Position numbers and translations under genes: made by a program
Notes under the pieces: model-generated
What the model was told of the DNA's origin: nothing
What the model saw: only the letters and a program-made list of their open reading frames with translations
Databases searched by the model: none
Source of the DNA: Octopus vulgaris
Lineage: Eukaryota
Reading direction: 5' to 3'
Assembly (NCBI GenBank): GCA_951406725.2
Contig: OX597816.1
Location: 177,878,001 to 177,942,000, forward strand
DNA length: 64,000 bases
Shown here: one piece after another, positions 55,444 to 64,000 of the stretch
Layout of the letters: each line of letters opens with the position of its first letter
Numbering within the stretch: the first letter of the stretch is position 1

Positions 55444-55532
55444 TAACGACAAGTGTTTCGTGGCTATATTTAAGAAATGATTATAGTAGTAGTAAAATCA
55501 CTTCGATATAAATATAGCCACTCATCAGGTTA
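55444..55532 (-). ncRNA. Type I hammerhead ribozyme with a long stem II, in a (TA)n-flanked repeat (~55281-55562)
   Basis: TAAC-CTGATGA-GTGGCTATATTTA...TAAATATAGCCAC-GAAA-CACTTG-TC-GTTA. Confidence 0.85.
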
Positions 55533-55561
55533 AAAATAAACTAGAAAAATAAAATAATTAT

Positions 55562-55593
<32 letters not shown>

Positions 55594-55595
<2 letters not shown>

Positions 55596-58500
55596 GAAAA
55601 GAGTGAAAAGACTACAGAAGGCTTGTTTTATAAGGTTAAAGAATATATTTAAGTCGTTATGTTAGAAAAATGTTATAAAATTTTGTGCATAGTAACATAG
55701 TTTTTTGAGAAAAACCGGTTTCGTGTAAACTTTTCAATTTCTCAAAGTTCTTTACGTACATCGTGTCATGTCTTCGTTATGAAGTGCAAAGAAGAGTTCC
55801 AGGTAGGGGAAGGTGATAAGGGTTTTCTTCCGGTATAAGGGAGATAATCACTTTATTTATTTATTTTTTAATGGGATGAGTTTATCTGTATAAGAATGTT
55901 AGGATGGTTAAATTCAGGCTTATATTTTTCAATGAAGAATGTTTCTTTGTTTAATCTAATTTGTGTTGGTGTTCCAATAGCACATTGATAGAATGGAAAG
56001 ATTAAAAATTGTGGTAGTAGTTGCTTTGCGCATTTCTCAATATGCTCACTAAAGGGTATCATTCTGTATTCTGGGAATGCAATCTGTTGTCGATGCAGAG
56101 TGCATCTGCGTCTGAGCGATAATCCCGTGGACCCTACGTAGTTTTGGTGGCAGCCCGAGCATCTTATGATATAAATCAGGTTTTTCTGAAGCACAAGTAA
56201 AGTCAGATTTGATTTTGATTTTTTTGTTCCTCTTTGAAGAGGAATTCTGATCCTTCTAGAAGGTTTGGGCATGTTGCGCAGTTTGGTCTACCACATTTTT
56301 TTACTTTTGCATCCGTAATTTCAGAGAACAATTTTGCCTTTGTGAGAATCTTTTTAAGTGATTTAGGTTGTTTGTAGCTTTTAATGATTTTATGTGTGTT
56401 TAGAATTTCCTTTAATTTGGGGTCCTTATGAAGTATTGGTAAATTCTGGGTGATGATGGTGAAGACTTCTTTGTTTCTGGGGTTGTATGTGGATATGTAA
56501 GGCAGTATTTTCGGGGAAGGTGTGTTGTTGTGTTGAACTTTTCTCAAAGTTTCTATGTCTATTTCTGTTGCACGTCTGATCCCATCCTCTATGAGTTGAA
56601 CTGGGTAGTGTCTGTCAATTAGGGTGTTTTTGAGTTCTTGCAGTCTAAAGTTCCTGGTATTTTGTTCTGAGACTATTGTGCATATCCTTCTTGCAAGGTT
56701 GAAGGGGATGTTTGTTTTAGTGTGTCTTGGGTGGCATGAATTAAAAAGTAGGTATTGTTTGGCGTCTGTGGCTTTGTAAAATATGTCTGTTTCTATTTTA
56801 AGGTTAATTTTCTTAATCAGTATATCTAAGAATGGAAGCTCCTTTTGATTGTACTCCATCGTGAACTGTATATTTGGGTTGATGCTGTTCAATAGGTTTT
56901 TGAATTTTAGGAGTTTATCTGTGTTTTCATTCCAGAGTATAAAACAGTCGTCCAGGAATCTTTTCCAATTCTCTTTTATGAATTGAAAAAGGGGGTTTCC
57001 AAAGGTCGATAAAGATTCCTGGTATATAACTATTTCCTGGTAGCCCATTTCCTTGTAACCATAGCAATTCTGGATTTTTGACGGTAAAACGTATTGTCAA
57101 ACACGAAGTGGTTATTTTGTAGGATGAATTCAACCGATTTAGTAATGAATTCTTTACTGATCCTTTTTAGTATTTCTTCCGGAAATTGGTCCAGCCAGAA
57201 CTGTATTGCCTCTAGTCCATAATTATGAGGTATACTAGTATATAAATTATCTACATCAAATGAGACCATGATTGTTTCTTCTTTGACTTTTTTTTTTGGA
57301 AGGTGGTTTAACATATCCAAGTCATCTCTGATATGACTATCGATGTGTTTGAGGAATGGTTTCAGGAGGATGTCCATAAATAGACTTAATCTGTGTGTTT
57401 CACAGGCTGGGCCAGCTACAATGGGTCGTAGTTTTAGGTCCCCCGGGTTAGGTGTGTGTATGTATGTCTTTGGTGATTTTTTAATGGTTTCATTTATAAT
57501 TTGGCCTTTGTGTATTTTTGGCAGACCATAGAAGAGGCTAGATTTACATTTAAAGTTTGTTAGAAAGTCAATCTCTTTGGTTGTCAGTTCCTTTCCATGG
57601 GTTTTAATTAGTGAGGACAGAGTTTTCCTTATTTTTTGCGGGGTGTAGTTGGTGATTTTTTCATAATTTTGATTGTCATCAAGCAAGAAAATTACTAGAT
57701 TTCTATAGTATAATGTGTCCATTATTACAACTGCACTTCCTTTGTCTGCTTCCTTAACGATTATATCATTTTGAAGTTCTATCAGTTCCTTCCATTGTGC
57801 AGTGTTCAAATTTGAGTTAACTGTCTGTTTATGTATAGTATGGTAGGGAAAGTTCTCTATGTGGCTGCAGAACTCGTCAAGATCTTTATTCCTTCCTCTG
57901 TGGGGGATGTGTTCACTTTTGTTTTTGACTAGTGAGTCATCTTCAGTATTGAAACTGGTTGATGCTTCTGCTAGTCTTAATTTTCTGCAGAATTCTGTTA
58001 TATTGTCCTTGACCTCATTTTGGTTGGCTCTGCGTGGAGTTGGCTTGAATTTGAACCCATTTGAGAGGATGTCAATTTTTATGTTAGAGAGAGGTTTGGT
58101 TGAAAGGTTGATTATCTTCGGTTTTTCCTTATTACTAGGTTCCAGCCTGTGTCCTGGTGTCTCTGGTCTGGGGCTAAAAAATGTTGGGTGCAATTTTGTT
58201 TGTATGAGTTGTCTGTGAGATTGTGTGAGATTGGTTCGGGGAAACGGTGGTATTGTTGCCTCAGATTGTTATGTGTGTGGGTATCTATGGGTGTTTTCGT
58301 TAGTGATGTGTGTAAAATTTCTGTATGTGATATATTTTTGTTTCGAATTACTTGTATGTGGGATAATGAGGAGGGTTGTTGCTGATTAAGTGGTTGAAAT
58401 TGGGGGTGGTTTGTGCGTTGTTCAGTTTTTGTTTGTTATTTCTTGTAATTTTCTTTAAAAAAGGATTATCTGTACCCAATTCATTTTTAAAAATTGATGC

Positions 58501-58682
58501 GTATCTTTGGAAGAAATCGTTGCTTTTTTCCCAGCGTAGGAGAGATTTTCTTTCTTCCTTTTCACAGATTTCTTTCCAATAAATATATTCTTTAACCTTA
58601 TAAAACAAGCCTTCTGTAGTCTTTTCACTCTTTTCTATTTTTTATATATCTAACCACGTGCTTCCACACACCAACTTTCTCA

Positions 58683-58684
<2 letters not shown>
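55594..58684 (-). mobile_element. Near-full-length Neptune-type Penelope-like retroelement
   Basis: RT plus GIY-YIG in three frames, a 3' UTR, a short inverted copy of the 3' end at 58583-58637, and (TA)n flanks. Confidence 0.9.
55868..58193 (-). pseudogene. PLE reverse transcriptase-GIY-YIG endonuclease ORF with two frameshifts
   Basis: FYGLPKIHK, LRPIVAGP, SFDVDNLYTSIP, WKRFLDDCF, LPFLDI, SCHPRH, CGRPNCATC linker, NLIYIIRCSGCHQNYVGST, RCTLHRQQI, ETFFIEKYKPEFN. Confidence 0.9.
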
Positions 58685-58722
<38 letters not shown>

Positions 58723-58726
<4 letters not shown>

Positions 58727-59634
58727 TAAGAAAGTTTGTTTGGTAAAGCACGTGGGTGAATATATAAGAAAATAGTAAAGTGTGAAAAAACGACAGAAGG
58801 CTTAAATGTTAAAAAATATATATATTTGTGTCAAAATGTCTGGAGAATATTGGAAAAATTTTTTTTTTCCCTTTCCTTAAAATGATATAATTTTAAAATT
58901 TTTAAAGAAATTACCCGTTTCGCGTGTAGCTTTTCAAATTTCTTGTGACGTTATGTTTATATTGCATGGAATTATCGTTGTTTTTATTTCCAGGAGATTT
59001 CTAAATAAGGGGAGGTAGTGAGTGATTTTTTCCGGTGTAGGGGAGATAATCGCTTAAAATTTTTTTTTCCCTTTTCCTTGTTAATTTCTCTGTGTCAGTA
59101 TGTTCGGATGGTTGAGTCTGGGTTTGTACTTTTCAATGAAGAATGTTTCCTTGTTCAGTCTCATTTGTGTTGATGATCCGAAAGCACATTGGTAAAATGG
59201 GAAGATTAAAAATTGTGGCAGTAGTTGCTTTGCGCATTTCTCAATGTGCTCACTAAAAGGTATCATTCTATATTCTGGGAATGCAATCTGTTGTCGATGC
59301 AGTGTGCATCTGCGCCTGAGTGATAGTCCCGTGGAACCCACGTAGTCTTGGTGGCAGCCTGAGCATTTAATAACATAAATTATGTTTTCAGAGGCACAAG
59401 TAAAGTTAGATTTGATCTTAAATGTCTGTCCCTCTTTAAAGAAGAATTCTGATCCTTCCAATAGGTTAGGACATGTTGCACAGTTCGATCTACCACATTT
59501 TTTTACTTTTGCATCCGTAATTTTAGAAGACAATTTTGCCTTTGTGAGAATCTTTTTAAGTGATTTAGGCTGTTTGTAGCTTTTAATGATTTGGTGTATG
59601 TTTAGAATTTCCTTTAATTTTGGGTTTTTATGAA

Positions 59635-59636
<2 letters not shown>
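58723..59636 (-). mobile_element. 5'-truncated related Neptune PLE (GIY-YIG plus 3' UTR)
   Basis: ORF 59081-59533 is a diverged paralog of 55868-56430 with an intact frame across the linker. (TA)n on both sides. Confidence 0.85.
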
Positions 59637-59691
<55 letters not shown>

Positions 59692-60174
59692 CTAAATATA
59701 CATAAGTGAAAACTAAAACAATACTTAAATTATTAAATACTTCAAAATTAATTAAAATACATTATGCTAGTACAAGTCATTATATTGTAATCAAAATATG
59801 AGTTACTTTTTTGCTTCGCAAAGATAAGTTTCACATTTTATCGTTTATCTATTTCATTTGAATTTGGAATCGTTTTGTGTTTGAAATTATTATTATTATT
59901 ATTATTATTGTTGTTGTTATTATTATTGCTGTTGTAATATTATTATTTATTTATAGTTTCTTGATAGTAATTTTTTACGTTCGATATTGGATAAGATATC
60001 TTTTAATTCTTATATAGGAATTTAACGTTTTACATATTATTTAATTTGAGAATTAGTTTTGTTAGACTATATTTCTTTTAATAATTAGATAATAATAGTA
60101 GATACATATATATAAACCCTAACTTCAAGCCACTCTGTAATTACGCATTACAATTTTCGTCACTCCTATGTGTG

Positions 60175-60264
<90 letters not shown>

Positions 60265-60517
60265 TGTATGTATGTACATATATATATATATAAATATATT
60301 TAATTTAATGCTTCGGATTTTAACTTCGGATTTTACCGAAAAGCATAGTGTTTACTGATTTTAACCCACGCTGGTGGAAAGGGGAGAGCAGAAATTCTTC
60401 GCTTGCATATTTTGGGTTTGCTGGCACTGTTAGTTTCGAGCAGATCTTCAGAAGCGATAAGAAGCCGAAAGGGTATGCTCCCACTTTCAGTGTTTTCAAA
60501 TCCAAACCAAGGAGTTC

Positions 60518-60569
60518 TGAGCTGATGATAGAAATGTCGAGTTGACTAATCTTGAAACGTACGTTCTCA
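60518..60569 (+). ncRNA. Type I hammerhead ribozyme, unit 1
   Basis: TGAG-CTGATGA-T-AGAaatGTCgagttGACtaaTCT-T-GAAA-CGTACG-TT-CTCA. Confidence 0.75.
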
Positions 60570-61078
60570 AATAACCTTTGCATTTGATTTTTTTAATGTC
60601 TTTACCCCCATACTTTCGTGAGTTGAATTGAGCAAACACTATATGAGAGAGATTTTCTTTAAGTATTAGAAATAGTTTTAAAAAAGTTTTTTTAGCTACT
60701 ATTTCTAATGAGTTCAGTATGTGGCAAAGTAATTTATTTTACTAAGCCCTTTTATATAATGTAATAATTTGAATTCGCCTTAAATGGTCCCTTTACATAC
60801 TGAATACTTGGTGAAATTGATTAATAATTAATTAATTTTACCCTCAATTGTTGAAATTATAATTCATCTCTCTCTATTTAATGCTTCGGATTTTACCGAA
60901 AAAGCATAGTGTTTACTGATTTTAACCCACGCTGGTGGAAAGGGGAGAGCAGAAATTCTTCGCTTGCATATTTTGGGTTTGCTGGCACTGTTAGTTTCGA
61001 GCAGATCTTCAGAAGCGATAAGAAGCCGAAAGGGTATGCTCCCACTTTCAGTGTTTTCAAATCCAAACCAAGGAGTTC

Positions 61079-61130
61079 TGAGCTGATGATAGAAATGTCG
61101 AGTTGACTAATCTTGAAACGTACGTTCTCA
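61079..61130 (+). ncRNA. Type I hammerhead ribozyme, unit 2
   Basis: Identical to 60518-60569. Confidence 0.75.
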
Positions 61131-61408
61131 AATAACCTTTGCATTTGATTTTTTAATGTCTTTACCCCCATACTTTCGTGAGTTGAATTGAGCAAACACT
61201 ATATGAGAGAGATTTTTTTAAGTATTAGAAATAGTTTTAAAAAAGTTTTTTTAGCTACTATTTCTAATGAGTTCAGTATGTGGCAAAGTAATTTATTTTA
61301 CTAAGCCCTTTTATATAATATATATATAAATATAGGTATATATGTATATATGTGTATATATCTATGTATATATATGTATATATATATATATATAGGTATA
61401 TATATGTT

Positions 61409-61480
<72 letters not shown>

Positions 61481-61514
61481 CAGGTATATATAAATACATA
61501 TATATATATATATG

Positions 61515-61899
61515 TGAGAACATCTGTTGTCTTCGTCTGCCGATAAAGGCATTTTTTCAAAATACGCCAGCTAAACTTGTTGTACTGTTTATTAGTCGTA
61601 AGACACCCGCTGTTTTTGTCCTGTTTTTACCATTATTGTTTTTTGTATTTTATATTCGTGTGGCATCGTCCGTTTTTCTGTCCCTGTTTCGTATACATTC
61701 GATCCTTCTTCCAAGAAATCTAATGCTCGTAGATTAGTTTTTCCTTGGGGCTGGCCGGATCGGAGCGATCTCAAGATTAATCAGCCGAAAATGCTACGAT
61801 GATCCGGTTCTTGACTGAAGATTGAAGGCTTCGAATGTCCCGTCCGTTTTTTGTATCGTCTTCTGATGTTTTACGTTCTTATCCCAGTTTGTATTTTTC

Positions 61900-61900
<1 letters not shown>
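61515..61900. repeat. Unclassified insert between (TA)n tracts
   Basis: Sharp (TA)n boundaries on both sides and no recognisable ORF. Confidence 0.35.
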
Positions 61901-61967
<67 letters not shown>

Positions 61968-61968
<1 letters not shown>

Positions 61969-64000
61969 GTATCTATTATAATCTAAAAAAGAGAGTACAT
62001 CCTTAATTGGAGTATTAAAGGTAGTGCCCACTCCTATGATTTTTTGGGAAATTATGTTGATATTATCCAAATAATTTGTATTATAGTGCAATCTGATATG
62101 ACCAGGAATTTATATAGACTGGATATACCATTTTATGATAAACTACTAGAAAAAGAAATAATGAAAAAATGTAAAATAGTTAATAAAAATTATTTGGATA
62201 ATATCAACATAATTTACAAAAATTATTCAGCCGAGGTTACCTCTTATCTGAACTAGAAATTGAATTCACGAATATAGATGGTGCTCTTTATAGGGACGAC
62301 CTACTATTTATAACTAGGAAATGTACTAATAGGTCATTAGAATGCCTTAAGAAAATGTACAAGTTTTTTAAGAATACTGGCCCAGGTACATCAATAGAGA
62401 ATGAGCATTATGCAGTAAATTATCTAGACGTCAACCTTAATCTAGTCACTAATAAGATCCGTCCTTTTCATAATTGAATGAAAACCTAAAGTACATTAGT
62501 TCTTCAAGTAACCATCCTAAATCAGTTAAAGAAGCCTTAATAAATAATATAGGTAAAAGAATATCCATGTTATCCTCAGATTATGACACTTTTAATAAAC
62601 ATGCCCCCATATTATAATAAAGCATTAAAAGAAGCAGGATACAACTCTCATATAAAATTCTTTAATTATTATGAACACATTAATAATAATATAACAAGTA
62701 TTCCTAATAAAACTAATAATAAATCTAAATGTAAAAATATGAATAATAATAATAATAATAAAGACAATATAACAAACTAAATAAAGATAAAAATAATATA
62801 GTTGTTAATAATGATTATTATAATAATAGTAATAATGAGAATGAGTATATGAGCAATAGTAAGAAACATAATAAAGTATACATATAGAGATATAATATAC
62901 CTAAGAACAGCTATTTAATACCGATGAGGTCTACTAATAACGATAATATAAAACATAAAAAGATATTACATGGTTAATTATTCTGTATGGGGATCAAGTT
63001 ATGACTAATATTATTAAGGAGACAGTTAAAATAGTAAAAATGGTTTGTAAAAAGGACAATAGTTATTCAAATATATTTTCCAATAAAACCATAAGAGTGA
63101 GTGGGACACTCAACATCGAGAAATGTAGTCAATATCATTTCCTCTATAAATAATAAGACATTAAATAATGATTATAATAGCAAAATAAATAATATCTCTA
63201 GCCATAATATAACCGATAATGATACAAGACTTAATCAACATATAGAAAAATGTTCATGTCGTGATAAGACTAAATGCAAGGTCTCTAATAACTGTAATAT
63301 AGATAATGTAATTTATAAATGTATAGTTAGTTCTAAGAACAATAATAATAAAATTATAAGTAAGGCTTATATTGGATCAACAGCTAATGAAATTTTAAAA
63401 AGAATTTACCAACACTACCAGACCATTAAAAATCCCAGTTTAAGTAAGTCTACAGGCTTAAGTAAATATATATGGGAATTAAAATCTAGAAAAAGAGAGT
63501 ACACCCTTAATTGGAGTATTATAGGTAGAGCTCACTCCTATAATATTGGGAATAAAATGTGTTTATTATGCATAATTGAATTTATGAAACTACCACAGTC
63601 TGGAGATAAATTACTAAACACACGTGATGATCGAGGAGTAAAATGTAGGCACCGAGGTAATTTTACATTTAGTAAAATGAAGTATTGAACCTCAAACCTC
63701 TAAACCAAATAACTACATAATTTTATTTCTAAAGCACTTGAATAGACTATATAAGTAAATAAAGATTAAATACATGAATAATGCAATAATTTAAATAAAA
63801 TAATTATATGAATTAAATATTACTAAAATTATATGACAAATTAGATATACCTCCCAATATAGGTAAATTTGAAAATAATAATAGAGGGTAATTTAAAATG
63901 AAAACTATGTATAGTGTAAATACCCCACTTGGTACTAATCACCGATAAATACCCATAATTCCTTGCTATCTTCCGCCACAAATCATATATATAAATATAC
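61968..64000 (+). mobile_element. Naiad-type PLE with decayed RT and open GIY-YIG
   Basis: DGALYRDD, VNYLDVNLNL, SSNHPKSV, IGKRISMLSS and YYNKALKEAGY across frames. 61980-62090 resembles 63483-63580. Confidence 0.85.
63101..63688 (+). CDS. PLE GIY-YIG endonuclease domain (Naiad-type), C-terminal part of a disrupted ORF
   Basis: CSCRDKTKC..C, VIYKC, YIGST, KRIYQH, LSKYIWELK, WSII, CLLC, LLNTR, CRH. Confidence 0.8.
   Translation: MGHSTSRNVVNIISSINNKTLNNDYNSKINNISSHNITDNDTRLNQHIEKCSCRDKTKCKVSNNCNIDNVIYKCIVSSKNNNNKIISKAYIGSTANEILKRIYQHYQTIKNPSLSKSTGLSKYIWELKSRKREYTLNWSIIGRAHSYNIGNKMCLLCIIEFMKLPQSGDKLLNTRDDRGVKCRHRGNFTFSKMKY

Larger units (their letters stand above)
60303..61320 (+). mobile_element. 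Tandem 561-bp non-coding HHR repeat (~1.8 units), candidate retrozyme
   Basis: 60303-60760 is near-identical to 60876-61320, with one HHR per unit and microsatellite flanks. Confidence 0.75.

Noticed and set aside
60425-60455. Minus-strand CTGAAGA...GAAAC in the tandem unit (possible second-polarity HHR)
   Set aside because: Stems I and II do not pair and position 17 would be G.
61535-61850. HHR-like words (ccgataa...taaac; ctgaaga...gaat)
   Set aside because: No consistent three-stem fold found.

Overview
Repeat-dominated, AT-rich eukaryotic DNA with no recognisable host protein-coding exon. Most ORFs in the track are microsatellite translations. The SINE families and the microsatellite density suggest an octopod cephalopod genome (inference). 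Contents: Penelope-like retroelements (PLEs: a near-complete Neptune-type RT+GIY-YIG copy, Naiad-type copies and fold-back terminal fragments), a 5'-truncated Tx1/L1-clade LINE plus a deleted second copy, CR1/RTE/RLE LINE fragments, mariner remnants, a Tc1/mariner-type MITE, non-autonomous Helitrons with decayed Rep/helicase fragments, three SINE families and a U6 snRNA fragment fused to a SINE. The main hidden signal is about 14 type I minimal hammerhead-ribozyme (HHR) motifs, read by eye, in about 11 unrelated short repeats, nearly all inserted in (TA)n tracts. They include core variants covarying at the 3-8 pair (G3-C8, U3-A8), inverted HHR pairs, and a near-identical 561-bp non-coding tandem with one HHR per unit, a candidate retrozyme/circRNA precursor. 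All structures and homologies were identified manually; no searches were run.
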